A stretch of 63,132 nt of DNA, from contig JAAWGF010000005.1 of the NCBI GenBank assembly GCA_022795155.1, forward strand, positions 1-63,132, read 5' to 3'. This stretch comes from Bacilli bacterium. Its GTDB lineage: Bacteria > Bacillota_I > Bacilli_A > RF39 > UBA660. A program made the position numbers and the translations under genes. Below the pieces are notes generated by a model. The model was not told where the DNA came from, made no database searches, and saw nothing but the letters and a program-made list of their open reading frames with translations. Below are positions 47,744 to 58,729 of the stretch, one piece after another. Positions within the stretch are counted from its first letter, which is position 1. Every line of letters starts with the position of its first letter.

Positions 47744-48430
47744 TCACCTTATATCATTGTTTTCAAAAAAACTATAATAATTGTCCTTCGTAATGATTAC
47801 ATGGTCAATAACTTTTACGCCTAGTAAATTACCAATTTCTACTAATTTATTTGTAAGTTTTATGTCTTCTGAACTTGGAAATATAGAACCTGCTGGATGA
47901 TTATGAACACAAATAATTCCTGAGGCACTAAGCAAATATGCTTCTTTAAAAATCTCGCGTGGATGAACAATACTTTGGTTAATTGTGCCTATAAATAATA
48001 GTTTATCTTTGATAACCTTTTTTGAATTATTTAAATATATACAGTAAAAATATTCTTGTAATTTATCACCTATTAAATTTTTGTAATATTTAAATACTAG
48101 ACTACTATTAGTTATTTTGATATCATTCAGAGTACTAATTTCATTATTGATTCTTTTTGAAAGTTCTAAAGCGGCTAAAATACTAGCAGCTTTTTTAGTA
48201 CCTATACCTTTAATTTGCTTTAATTGTTCTAATTTTAAATTTTTTAATTCATGAATATTATCAACATTTTTTAATAATTCTTCAGCTAATGTTTTAGCAG
48301 ATTTTTCTTTGGTTCCGCTCTTGATTAGAATTGTTAATAATTCAGAATTGCTCAATGATTCAGAACCATTATTGATTAATCTTTCAATTGGCCGATCATC
48401 TTTAGGAATATCTTTAATTAGAACTGTCAC
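47744..48430 (-). CDS. radC: RadC (JAB domain) protein
   Basis: DRP.ERL, LS..ELL, HhH GIG..KA, VHPREIF, HNHP.G...PS..D, DH. Confidence 0.94.
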   Translation of the reverse strand: MTVLIKDIPKDDRPIERLINNGSESLSNSELLTILIKSGTKEKSAKTLAEELLKNVDNIHELKNLKLEQLKQIKGIGTKKAASILAALELSKRINNEISTLNDIKITNSSLVFKYYKNLIGDKLQEYFYCIYLNNSKKVIKDKLLFIGTINQSIVHPREIFKEAYLLSASGIICVHNHPAGSIFPSSEDIKLTNKLVEIGNLLGVKVIDHVIITKDNYYSFFENNDIR

Positions 48431-48914
48431 TATTTACTACCAACTCCTCATACTTTGCTAATATTTGCGAACAAATTCCCTTAATAGTTTGATTGTCTTC
48501 CGTTTCTTTTAACATTTGATCATATTGATCAACTAAAACAGAAAAAGCTTCGTTGTTAAATTGCACATCCCTCACATATATAGTATATCCAGCATTTGTA
48601 AAATATCCTTGTATTTTCATCATATTATCATAATTTTTTGTAATTCCGACATATGTTATGAATTTATCATTTTTTTCTTCATAAATATAGTAATCAAAAC
48701 CCATCATATTTTTTTCCATATCATCAAAACTGTCATATTCGCCTTGACTTAGGAAATAATATTGATCACTGTTCTGATTAAAAACGGGTGCTAACTCATA
48801 TTCGGAATTATATTGATTTAACATAAACTTTCCCATCAAAAAACCTACTGAAACAGCAAATACAACAGATAAAATTGTTTTCCATTTCATATTATCACCA
48901 CAATTATTATCCAA
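48414..48914 (-). CDS. Membrane-anchored hypothetical protein, possibly SPOR-like
   Basis: N-terminal TM, Y..QG.Y.S motif; upstream of radC. Confidence 0.55.
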   Translation of the reverse strand: MDNNCGDNMKWKTILSVVFAVSVGFLMGKFMLNQYNSEYELAPVFNQNSDQYYFLSQGEYDSFDDMEKNMMGFDYYIYEEKNDKFITYVGITKNYDNMMKIQGYFTNAGYTIYVRDVQFNNEAFSVLVDQYDQMLKETEDNQTIKGICSQILAKYEELVVNSDSSN

Positions 48915-48984
48915 TATAAAAACGTAATATCTTGTCGAAAAATATTTTAAATATTATTTTTTCTTAAAAAAATTGATATCACTA

Positions 48985-50403
48985 TCAATTCTCTTCTAAT
49001 ATTTTTTTTATTTTTTCTTTAGCTTCATTTATAGTATTATAGTCAGGCTCCATAACGTATAACAACATATCGCCCATGCTATAAGTATAATTGCTAGAAT
49101 CATAGCCATTTAAACTGAATTTTTCCACTTCCCATTTAGACATTGTTGATAATTGCATTTTTACTAAATCATAAATACGATTTGCATCAATATTCGTTTG
49201 GAAAGTACCATTTAAACTATTTAAAATATCTAGGTAATTATTAATTAATACTCGTGATGATGACATTTTATTTATAATGGCCTCAATGACGCGCATTTGA
49301 TTTTCACCACGAGTTCGATCGCCATTCAAAAAATTATATCTAGCACGAGAAAAAGCTAAAGCATATTTACCATTTACTGAATTGTAGCCTTGATAAAATT
49401 GATAACCATAAGTATTAAATTCGTATTCAGAATATACATCGATTCCGCCAATAACATCAACAGCATTAATCAAAGTAGAAAAGTTAAGTCTAATATAATA
49501 ATTAATATCAATATCTAGTAAATCTTCAATTGTTGCGATTGACATATCAATACCATACATACCAGCATGTGTAAGTTTATCTTTATTGCCAACTGTATCG
49601 TGAAGCTGAACATAATAATCTCTAGGTATTGTAATTAATAGAATTTGTTTAGTTTTAGGATTAATTGTTGCAATAATGTTAACATCACTTCTGGCAACAG
49701 TTGAAATCTCACCATATGCATCAATACCAGTTATATAGACAATAAATGGTTCATCGACAACATTTAAATCTTTAGCAACAATACTGATTTTTGTTTTAGT
49801 AGTGACATTATAAATATATCTTAATTGAATATCAATTAATTCGTTGTTTTCCTCAATTATATTTTTATTTTCTTCACTTATTAGTATAGCGTCAACTTCT
49901 CCATTTATTAAATTGTTACACATATCTAGTAAATTATTATAATTTATTTCTTCAAATCTTATTAAATTATTGATAATTTTTAAAATTTCTTGATATGACT
50001 CAAAACTATTATAAAATGTACCAATTTTCTTCTCTTTTAGATTATCTATATCCTGATAAGAAGAATCATTTAAAACAGCTATATAATAAGTTTCTAATTG
50101 TTCTTTACTAGCTAAATTATTGATAAAATTGGTTGTTTTATCAAGATAAATAAAGAAAAATATATTTATTATAGTAAAAATAATTGATATAATGATAGCC
50201 ATTATACGTATAATATTTTTTTTAAAAAAACATTCAGTTAATATATCGAAAATTATGATTAAAGAAAAAATTAAAATATATATTAATAAATATTTAAAAG
50301 GAAGAATATCTGTTTTTAAAAGAACAAATAGGATTATGCAAAAAGAAAACACCAAAAATGTTTTAAATATTAAACTTAAAATATTAAATATTTTTTTCTT
50401 CAT
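48985..50403 (-). CDS. LCP (LytR-CpsA-Psr) glycopolymer ligase, CpsA-like
   Basis: Three N-terminal TMs, GID.YG, RSDVNI, IPRDYYV, DKLTHAG, AL.FSR.R. Confidence 0.92.
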   Translation of the reverse strand: MKKKIFNILSLIFKTFLVFSFCIILFVLLKTDILPFKYLLIYILIFSLIIIFDILTECFFKKNIIRIMAIIISIIFTIINIFFFIYLDKTTNFINNLASKEQLETYYIAVLNDSSYQDIDNLKEKKIGTFYNSFESYQEILKIINNLIRFEEINYNNLLDMCNNLINGEVDAILISEENKNIIEENNELIDIQLRYIYNVTTKTKISIVAKDLNVVDEPFIVYITGIDAYGEISTVARSDVNIIATINPKTKQILLITIPRDYYVQLHDTVGNKDKLTHAGMYGIDMSIATIEDLLDIDINYYIRLNFSTLINAVDVIGGIDVYSEYEFNTYGYQFYQGYNSVNGKYALAFSRARYNFLNGDRTRGENQMRVIEAIINKMSSSRVLINNYLDILNSLNGTFQTNIDANRIYDLVKMQLSTMSKWEVEKFSLNGYDSSNYTYSMGDMLLYVMEPDYNTINEAKEKIKKILEEN

Positions 50404-50869
50404 TTTTATTATCCTTTCTTTTTAAAAAAATATATATTAATATAATCCCCATAAAACTACCTATTGAATCAATAAAGACATCACGGATTTCACCCGATCT
50501 ACCGGGAATAAAGATTTGGTGTATTTCATCACTACATGCATATAGAAGACAAAATAACAAGCTAACAATTATCCTTTTTTTATTATTTTTGATATATGAT
50601 TTAATTAAATTATAAAATAATATTCCTAATATAAAATATAGGGTAAAATGCGCTAATTTCCTAATTGGAAAAACTAAATAATTTGATATTAATTTTAATT
50701 CGTTATCGGTTAATTTATGATTGCTTATTATCTCAATTGTATGAATAATTTTATCAATTACACCGCTACTTACTTTGTCAGAATCAATTGCGGATTGATG
50801 TGAAAAAAAGAAAATTAATCCCATCCAAGATATTAATAATATATATATAATTATTTTTTTATTTTTCAT
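50384..50869 (-). CDS. VanZ-family membrane protein
   Basis: WM.LIF.FS.Q, RK.AHF, YA.SDE.HQ.FIPGR. Confidence 0.9.
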   Translation of the reverse strand: MKNKKIIIYILLISWMGLIFFFSHQSAIDSDKVSSGVIDKIIHTIEIISNHKLTDNELKLISNYLVFPIRKLAHFTLYFILGILFYNLIKSYIKNNKKRIIVSLLFCLLYACSDEIHQIFIPGRSGEIRDVFIDSIGSFMGIILIYIFLKRKDNKNEEKNI

Positions 50870-51715
50870 AATCTATTATGTTCTCAATAAATGTGAATGA
50901 ATAATTATTATTTATAGCAAGCTCACAAACTTGTTTTAATTGATGATAGGTTAATTTTTCTTTAAATTGCCACTCATGAGTAAAGATGGTTAAGTAATTA
51001 TTATTTAAATTATTATTAGCAAATATTTGGTTAAAATTATTTATATTTTCTAACCGATAATCAGTATGAATAAACAATAAGTCATTATTTAATAATATCT
51101 CTTTTTTAGAAATTTCGTCATTAAGATTATTATCAAAATAATAATTTTGTCTATCATCTTCTGCTGTATACAAACCAGTAATGCCAAAGTTTTTATTTTT
51201 CATAGCCATACACTTTCCAAATTGCCAGCATATAAATGTAGTCTAACATTTGTATCTATACTATCTTTGCCGCAGATTCTTATTAATTCGTTAATCACAT
51301 TCTCATATTCTTGCTTAGCCTGTTCAGCTGATGAATTTCCATAATTAGATTTATCATTATAAGCATGGAATCCAAATTTTAACCAATCACTATTTGATAT
51401 AAACTCATCTTTGTATTTAGCATTAGCATTTGATAATTTAAAACCTCCATAATCATAAAAAACATACATTGTAACTAGAAAACCATATTCATCATGTAGT
51501 GATTTAAAATAATTTAAAAGTTTATTATCAAAAATAGAATCATATGTACTGGCATTCTCAGTTAAATCTTTAAATAATTCAATCGTATCATCAATAGAAA
51601 TAATTACTTTTTTATCTTTGCTAAAAAAATTTTTATCATTAAGTTTTAAATTTAAAGATAGAATAGTCAATAGTAACATTAAAACACTAAGAATTATTAG
51701 AAAGTTTTTTCTCAT
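50859..51715 (-). pseudogene. Polysaccharide-deacetylase-like protein split by a frameshift near 51210
   Basis: ISIDD, WLKFGFHA, RLH in the first ORF; FTHEW in the second; frames overlap at GAA AGT GT|ATG GCT ATG. Confidence 0.6.
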
Positions 51716-51731
51716 TTATATGTACACCTCA

Positions 51732-52769
51732 TTAATCATTTATGAATTCTCTTATTGTTTGGGTTATTTCGTTTTTATATTTTTGGGATAATTTATATTC
51801 ATTTTTTGAAACTATGTTAATCTTTGAGATATACTTATTAAGTTTTGCAGGATCATCGCAAAATTTAATATAATCCAAGCTTTTTATCCATTGATAAACA
51901 CCACTTACTTTTTTACTACTATTATCAAATGCTATACATGGTGTTCCAGTGATAGCACAAAAAATCATAGCATGTAACCTATCAGTTATCACCAATTCAG
52001 CTGTTTTAAACTCGTTTAATTTATTTTCAAAAACTTTTTTTCTATTTTTTAAGCTAATTGCTTTATTTATAACAGTAGTAGTTGAACTAACCTGTTTGTT
52101 TTCATCAATAGAATTATTTATTAGATTTTTATCAATAACACGTTCTTTATCGCCCCTTAAAACTAAAAGGATGCCTTTTCTAATATATTTGTTATTAAAA
52201 GAATAATTTAATGTTAATACAACATCTGGAAATAGACATATTTGTTTAGCACAATTGAAGTTTTTTAAACAGAAATCATAAGAATTCTGCTCTCTTGCAA
52301 ATAAATAAATATTTTTATTGCGTTTTAAAGCTTCCTTAAAAAGAATTAATTGTGAATTGCCAAAATCATTATTTTCAAAAAAGTAAGTCTGTGGTAAAAT
52401 TATGATTTTATTATTACTAAATCTAGTTATTATATCTAATACCATTGCTTGTTCATTAGGCCATAAACTTCCAATAAATCCACCACCTGTTATAAATATA
52501 ATGTCATTTTTTTGAATATAGTTAATTACTTTTTTTGTACATAAATTATAATACTCCCCAGGTATTTCAATAACAGTTTTGTTTGTAATTTCTTTTATAA
52601 AATCCATTTCAGCAATAGAAATTGCATGATCACCGATATTTCCATGTAATGGGGAACCAATCAAAACTAATTTATTGGCATTTGTTTTAGTCAATATTTT
52701 TTTTAATTTAAATGTTGCGTTTATTTTCTTAATAAATTTAATAACTTTTTTTATACTATTTTTTATCAC
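51732..52769 (-). CDS. Polysaccharide pyruvyl transferase family
   Basis: GNIGDHAI, GGGFIG, PQT, RE..SY, PD, TDRLHAMIF. Confidence 0.9.
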   Translation of the reverse strand: MIKNSIKKVIKFIKKINATFKLKKILTKTNANKLVLIGSPLHGNIGDHAISIAEMDFIKEITNKTVIEIPGEYYNLCTKKVINYIQKNDIIFITGGGFIGSLWPNEQAMVLDIITRFSNNKIIILPQTYFFENNDFGNSQLILFKEALKRNKNIYLFAREQNSYDFCLKNFNCAKQICLFPDVVLTLNYSFNNKYIRKGILLVLRGDKERVIDKNLINNSIDENKQVSSTTTVINKAISLKNRKKVFENKLNEFKTAELVITDRLHAMIFCAITGTPCIAFDNSSKKVSGVYQWIKSLDYIKFCDDPAKLNKYISKINIVSKNEYKLSQKYKNEITQTIREFIND

Positions 52770-53865
52770 TTATTTTCTTCACTACTTTCTTGACAGCGTG
52801 TTTTGCCAAATCATCAATTTTTTTAATTTTATAAAAACGATTAATTTTTTTCTTCTTTTTTTCTGAATATTCCTCGTTATTGTTATAAAGTTTTTGACTC
52901 ATAAAGCTTTTCATAGTTGGATTTAACCATTCAATATTATTGACATTTCTGTTTCTAATGTCAGCATATGTTGGCGCATCATTTATTTCTGGTATGTCCC
53001 CTAAAGAAATATAAGAATGACCATTATAACAATGTGGTAATTGGCAATTATTCCCGATTGCTTCGAATTTTAAAGGTTTGTCTATGTCCTTATATATATT
53101 ATCGATTGTTCTGCCAAAATAACATTGTTTCATTTCTCCTGAGCTTAGGTTTATATATACACTCCAGTCACCAGCATAACAAAATTCTTTTCTTTTTTTG
53201 TAAAAAATTTTTGTTTTATAATCAAATAAACCAGAATCAAATTGCCCCCAAATTTTTTTATATTCATCAAACGATTTATTAGATAGTACCTCTATATTAT
53301 CAGTTCTGTCGTCACGCGCAATTGTAATATGACATAATGTGCCAAGTTTTTCCATACAGACTTTTTTTACTTCATCAATATGTTCAATTAATTCATCACT
53401 AGGCGTAATCTCAACTGTAAATGAACAGCCAGCGTTTCTGATTATTTCAATATTTTCAAAAAATTTATCTAAAAAATTGATACGTAAAAATTCTAAATAG
53501 TGAAAAGAAAATTTAAAGAATAAACGTTCTAACAATTCTTTAGGAAAGGTAGATATTTCTTTAAAACGATTAGTCATAGTTCCATTAGTAACAACCGTTA
53601 AATAATGTCCTTCTTCTAACAATTCCTTAATAACAGGTATAACATCTTTAGATAGTAATGTTTCTCCACCAGCACATAAATTTATTAAGCACTTACCACC
53701 TAACCTTTTAACTGATAGGGCTTTTCTTATTTCTTCTGGTGTATGTTCAAATTTAACCAATTTGTTTTTGAATTTTTCCAATTGAGCTATATAACAATAG
53801 TGACAACGTAAATTACAGGTTTCTGTATCGATATAGCATTCTAAATATCTTTTTAATTTATCCAT
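52756..53865 (-). CDS. Radical SAM protein
   Basis: CNLRCHYC, GGET, VTNG; extra Cys cluster in the C-terminal half. Confidence 0.88.
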   Translation of the reverse strand: MDKLKRYLECYIDTETCNLRCHYCYIAQLEKFKNKLVKFEHTPEEIRKALSVKRLGGKCLINLCAGGETLLSKDVIPVIKELLEEGHYLTVVTNGTMTNRFKEISTFPKELLERLFFKFSFHYLEFLRINFLDKFFENIEIIRNAGCSFTVEITPSDELIEHIDEVKKVCMEKLGTLCHITIARDDRTDNIEVLSNKSFDEYKKIWGQFDSGLFDYKTKIFYKKRKEFCYAGDWSVYINLSSGEMKQCYFGRTIDNIYKDIDKPLKFEAIGNNCQLPHCYNGHSYISLGDIPEINDAPTYADIRNRNVNNIEWLNPTMKSFMSQKLYNNNEEYSEKKKKKINRFYKIKKIDDLAKHAVKKVVKKISDKK

Positions 53866-55386
53866 TTAAATTCTCCTTTCAGTTTTTTTGAATTTTATTA
53901 AAATATTTTTTTTTGTATCTTTATCTAAGAAAATTATACAATTAATTATTACTACAACAAAGCATAAAACAATTCCACTAATAAATAATGTTAACCAACC
54001 ATTTGGATTAATGATTGTTTTCATTAATAATCCCAATACAGTATTAATCATTACTGATATTATTGCTTTAACAATTTCTGGGAAGAAAGTCCACCACTTA
54101 CTTCCTATATATTTAGCAGAAAATGGTAACGTATATAATAAATTTCTCAAAATACTTAATAAACAACTAATTCCAACAACAGCATACAATCCTAAGTTTG
54201 TATATTTTAATAATATGAATACTAATAGGACATTTAAAAAGCCTGTTATACATACTAAAATGGAATTTGTTTTTATTTTATTTATTACAGTAAAAATATT
54301 ATGCATGATCGAAACAGGCCCTACTACTATCCATTGCGAAATGGATATAACTGATAATACTTGTAAAATAATAGCATCTTGGGTTGGAAACCACAGCTTA
54401 AATAAAATATCCCCTAATACAATAATACAAACAATGGGAATATTAAGAAAAATACCGACAAAGTTCATCGCTTTTTTTATTAATTTTATGAATTCTTCTT
54501 TACTTTCTTGGGCATATGTTTTAGTCATACTTGGCATAAATATAGTAACCAAATTATTTAATACACTAGAAATAATATTTGGTATAATTTTAACGATGGC
54601 TAAAATTCCCATTGCCTCGGCACTAAGCCATAAGTTAGTAATAAATAAATCTAAACCTTCAGACAATATATTTCCTATGCGTGTAATAGAATTCCATATA
54701 CCTGACGCAATTAAAACTTTTACCTTAGACCATTGCAATTTGCCTATCTTAATTTCAGGGATTAATTTCTTTTTAAAGAATAAACCACAAGACTGAATAA
54801 AAGTTGTTGCAAATAAAGTCGCTAGCCCAACAAAGGCTACATAAGGTGGAAAATATATGTATAATATATATAATATAATTGCCTTGATTAAATAACTTAT
54901 AGAATTAATAATTGATTGGATATATAATTTATTTTTTATATAGTAAGAAATTGATAAATTTGTGGTCAATAAACCTAAAAATAAATTGGCTGATAAAAAG
55001 GCAAATAATATTTTAACATCACTAATTAGATTAGGTGATATTTTTATAAATTTTTCTAAATTTAAAATAAAAATAGCCAAAATAGGAATGCTAACGATCA
55101 TAACTATGACATTAGCCCAAAATGTTGATGAATAATATTCGTTAGCTTCTTTTTTATTATTCTTATAATATTCAATAGATATAAAACGACTTGCCATGGA
55201 ATTAATTGCCAAAGTTATAACCGTAAAATATGTTATAAAAGTATTCGCTAATTGAACAAAGCCATATGCTTCTTCACTAACACTATTTACAATATAGGAA
55301 CTTAAAATGAAATTTATGAGAGCATTTATTGCAAAAGCTATAAATGTTGCAATAAAATTTATAAATAATTGTTTATTTTCTTTCAT
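53866..55386 (-). CDS. Wzx/MATE-like polysaccharide flippase
   Basis: About 14 TMs, EAYG, in a glycan cluster. Confidence 0.82.
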   Translation of the reverse strand: MKENKQLFINFIATFIAFAINALINFILSSYIVNSVSEEAYGFVQLANTFITYFTVITLAINSMASRFISIEYYKNNKKEANEYYSSTFWANVIVMIVSIPILAIFILNLEKFIKISPNLISDVKILFAFLSANLFLGLLTTNLSISYYIKNKLYIQSIINSISYLIKAIILYILYIYFPPYVAFVGLATLFATTFIQSCGLFFKKKLIPEIKIGKLQWSKVKVLIASGIWNSITRIGNILSEGLDLFITNLWLSAEAMGILAIVKIIPNIISSVLNNLVTIFMPSMTKTYAQESKEEFIKLIKKAMNFVGIFLNIPIVCIIVLGDILFKLWFPTQDAIILQVLSVISISQWIVVGPVSIMHNIFTVINKIKTNSILVCITGFLNVLLVFILLKYTNLGLYAVVGISCLLSILRNLLYTLPFSAKYIGSKWWTFFPEIVKAIISVMINTVLGLLMKTIINPNGWLTLFISGIVLCFVVVIINCIIFLDKDTKKNILIKFKKTERRI

Positions 55387-57689
55387 TATTTTTTGCCCTT
55401 AAAAGATAAAATCTTTGAATATAGTTTACCTTTTTTACCTAATAATACAACCAATAATTTATTTTTAGAACCTATATATTTATTACGTAAATAAATTTTT
55501 TTATTATTTCTTATTTTATCAATCAATTCTTGCTTTTCATTGCCAACATAATTATTACGCATCATTGTATTAATTAAATTAAGAATAATTAATAATTCAT
55601 AACAGTCAATTAATTCTGACTCAATTTTTAAATTATGATTTTTAAAAAATTCTCTAGTTTCGTTGACAACATCTAAAACTTCTAATCTTTTGGTATTGAA
55701 TTTTTGACTCATAATGCTATTGTTTCGTTGTAAATAAAAATATAGTTTATCATTTATTAGAGTAATTTTTTTAGCAAAGTAATATAATTTATAGGTTGTA
55801 AAATTATCTTCATGAAGTTTACCAACTGGAAAAATTATATTATTTTCTATAAAAAGGCTTCTTTTATATAATTTGTTCCACGCCATGACTTCTGTAGTTT
55901 GTTTTTCACCCAATATATCACAGATAGCTTCAATATTGGTAAATTCTTGGTTATTTTTAATAACATTTTTACTCCAAGTTTCTTCATCCTCATTAATATA
56001 GTAAAAATCACAAGCGCAAATGTCTGCTTCATATTCAAGCATATTTCTTAACATGTATTCGATATAGTGTTCATCAATAAAATCATCAGCATCAATAAAA
56101 CAGATATATTCGCCAGTAGCCTTTTTTAGTCCCGTATTGCGAGCTTTGGAAAGGCCACCATTCTTTTGACTAACTACTTTAATTCTTTCATCTTTTTTAG
56201 CATTTTTATTACATATTTCTAAAGAATTATCTTTTGCTCCATCATTAATCAATAAAATTTCTAAATTTTTGTAAGTTTGATTACAAATAGAATTAAGACA
56301 TTTTTGTAAGTATTGCTCAACGTTATAAATTGGAACTACTACACTTACTAAAATGTTTTTATCAATCATTTTTTCACTTAACATTTTATTCTCCTTTTTA
56401 ACTTTAGCTTCTTTTTTGCCTTGCATAAAAAGCATAAACCCTAATGTATAAATAACAACACTTCCAGGATTATAAGCAAAAATAGAACCTTTAATCATAA
56501 ATATGGCAATAGCAAAAATGAAGAAAATCGATAACATTTTATACTCTTTATTTTTGGTGGATTTATGCATTTCCATTATAAAATAAAAGATAAAGTAATA
56601 TAAAACTAGCGACCCTATAATTCCTGTTTTCCATAATTCATTAATATAGCCAACATCAGAATGGGCAATGTTTGTAATAGAAAAATTAGAATAAGCAGAA
56701 ATGCTATAGCTAGTGCCAATAAGCCAATTTTTTAGTGGAGGAATAGCCCAAAAATCATTACTAAATAACACACTTGCTGTCCCATCCCTGTTAGTAAAAA
56801 AGGAACTAAAATCATTAATAATCCAATCAATAGTATTAGGTGAAAAAATATATACAATTAAAATTAAAAAAATTACTCCTATAATCCCATAAAAGATGTA
56901 TTTTTTATGTTTTTTAAATTCATGATTGGTGAAAATTATTATTAAGAAAAAAATGACACCAATGGCAAAAATAATTAATCCAGAACGAGAGTTTAAAAAA
57001 GGTACTGCCAGCAATAATGATGCTAAAATTAGATAAATATAATTATGTCTTAAGCTATAAAATAAAGCTAAAACAGCTAAAATTCCAGTCCCAAAGCCAA
57101 ATAAATCAAGCATACTATTTGAAAATCCATAAAATCTTCTTGATACAATCCAAGGAACAATAAGATGCTTATCTCCGGTATTTATATACATAATATCAAC
57201 TAATAAATTTTTAATTGGTGGGACAAGTAGTGATATAATGGTTAAAAATGCTTGAATTAGCCCCGCCTTTATAAATATTTTAACTAAATCATCAAAATTT
57301 AAATTTAATTTCTCACATCGAAAAATTAAATAAAAAGAACAAATAAAAGTTACTGGAAATGCTAGTATAAAAGAATATATATTTAATATATAATTTTTTA
57401 GATACCAATTTCCACTAATAAAGCCATTTACTAAGATTGAGAAAACATATAAAATAAAATAAATGATTAAAATTTTAAAACATTTGGTAACTATTTTATT
57501 ATTTAGAATTTCATTAATACAATTTTTATATTTTAATATAAGCATAATAGCTGAATATATAGTTAAAATTAAAATAGAATTAATTTTTGGAAAAAATGGC
57601 GGAGCAAATAAAAAACAAAAAACATATAATATTAAACTAATATTATATTTTTTATTTATTTCCATTATATTATTTAAAAAATTTTTCAT
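55386..57689 (-). CDS. Fusion: Wzy/O-antigen-ligase-like membrane domain plus GT2 glycosyltransferase
   Basis: N-terminal ~430 aa multi-TM (SRSG, HSDVGY...G..G); C-terminal VSVVVPIYNVE, INDG, GLSKARN, FIDADD. Confidence 0.8.
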   Translation of the reverse strand: MKNFLNNIMEINKKYNISLILYVFCFLFAPPFFPKINSILILTIYSAIMLILKYKNCINEILNNKIVTKCFKILIIYFILYVFSILVNGFISGNWYLKNYILNIYSFILAFPVTFICSFYLIFRCEKLNLNFDDLVKIFIKAGLIQAFLTIISLLVPPIKNLLVDIMYINTGDKHLIVPWIVSRRFYGFSNSMLDLFGFGTGILAVLALFYSLRHNYIYLILASLLLAVPFLNSRSGLIIFAIGVIFFLIIIFTNHEFKKHKKYIFYGIIGVIFLILIVYIFSPNTIDWIINDFSSFFTNRDGTASVLFSNDFWAIPPLKNWLIGTSYSISAYSNFSITNIAHSDVGYINELWKTGIIGSLVLYYFIFYFIMEMHKSTKNKEYKMLSIFFIFAIAIFMIKGSIFAYNPGSVVIYTLGFMLFMQGKKEAKVKKENKMLSEKMIDKNILVSVVVPIYNVEQYLQKCLNSICNQTYKNLEILLINDGAKDNSLEICNKNAKKDERIKVVSQKNGGLSKARNTGLKKATGEYICFIDADDFIDEHYIEYMLRNMLEYEADICACDFYYINEDEETWSKNVIKNNQEFTNIEAICDILGEKQTTEVMAWNKLYKRSLFIENNIIFPVGKLHEDNFTTYKLYYFAKKITLINDKLYFYLQRNNSIMSQKFNTKRLEVLDVVNETREFFKNHNLKIESELIDCYELLIILNLINTMMRNNYVGNEKQELIDKIRNNKKIYLRNKYIGSKNKLLVVLLGKKGKLYSKILSFKGKK

Positions 57690-57700
57690 ATGAAGTCACC

Positions 57701-58729
57701 TTATTTTTTCCATTTAATAAAACAGCCTAATAATTTCCCAGCAGCTTTTAATCCAATTATATGATAAACAGTAGAAACCATTTTAACTTTTTTAAAACTG
57801 TTATATTTTAATAGCCATCTATATTTATAAATATCTTTATAAATTTGATTTAATTCATTTTTTTCTAATTGAAAAGCAAATCCTAAAATTATACAATATT
57901 CATAAGCTAAGAAATTATATAATTCATTTTGGATTTCAAAATAAAAATCATTCTTCTCAAATCTTTTTATCCAATATACTATTAAATCTAAATTATCCAA
58001 AACACGTTTTAAAGAAATAGATGAAGTTGCCGAACAGTTTCTAGATTGCCTATAAACATAATGGCATTGAATAATGGCAATTTTTTTACAATTAAGTAGC
58101 ACATTTAAAAAAAACATTATATCTTCTGTATACTTTACCTTAACATCAAATAAAAGATTATTATTAATAATTATTGCTCTTTTTGTTATATTAGCACCAG
58201 CACCATAATTAAAAAGGTTTTTCTTTAGCAAGGTAATTAAATTTTGTGGATAACAGCTTTTTTCAATGGAATTAATAGACTTACTTTCTATTAGTGATAT
58301 TTTTTGATTTTTTTTGTCATAACTTTTAACATACCGCCCACAAATTATATCAAAATCATCATTCTTGATTTTTTTTAATATTTCATCAATCGCATTTGGT
58401 AATAACCAGTCATCACCATCGACAAATTGTATATATTTACCTATAGCCAAATTTAGCCCATTATTGCGTGCGCTTGATACACCGGCATTCTCTTGATAAA
58501 CATATTTTATATAAGGGTATTCTGAACAATATTTTTTGCAAATCATTTCGCTTTTGTCTGTTGAACCATCATTAACGATAATTATTTCAACATTTTCAGT
58601 TATTTGTTTGACTAAACTATCTAAGCAATCCTTAATATAATTCTCTAAATTATAAACTGGAATAATAATACTTAGTAAAATATTTTGTTTTTTTGCTTTA
58701 TTACTCATACATTTCAATAATATCCTCAA
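57701..58729 (-). CDS. GT2 glycosyltransferase
   Basis: LSIIIPVYN, VNDGSTD, GVSSARN, FVDGDD, ED. Confidence 0.9.
   Translation of the reverse strand: MRILLKCMSNKAKKQNILLSIIIPVYNLENYIKDCLDSLVKQITENVEIIIVNDGSTDKSEMICKKYCSEYPYIKYVYQENAGVSSARNNGLNLAIGKYIQFVDGDDWLLPNAIDEILKKIKNDDFDIICGRYVKSYDKKNQKISLIESKSINSIEKSCYPQNLITLLKKNLFNYGAGANITKRAIIINNNLLFDVKVKYTEDIMFFLNVLLNCKKIAIIQCHYVYRQSRNCSATSSISLKRVLDNLDLIVYWIKRFEKNDFYFEIQNELYNFLAYEYCIILGFAFQLEKNELNQIYKDIYKYRWLLKYNSFKKVKMVSTVYHIIGLKAAGKLLGCFIKWKK

Noticed and set aside
53888..54796. 302-aa + strand ORF
   Set aside because: Antisense shadow of the flippase; the same applies to the other short ORFs antisense to clear genes.
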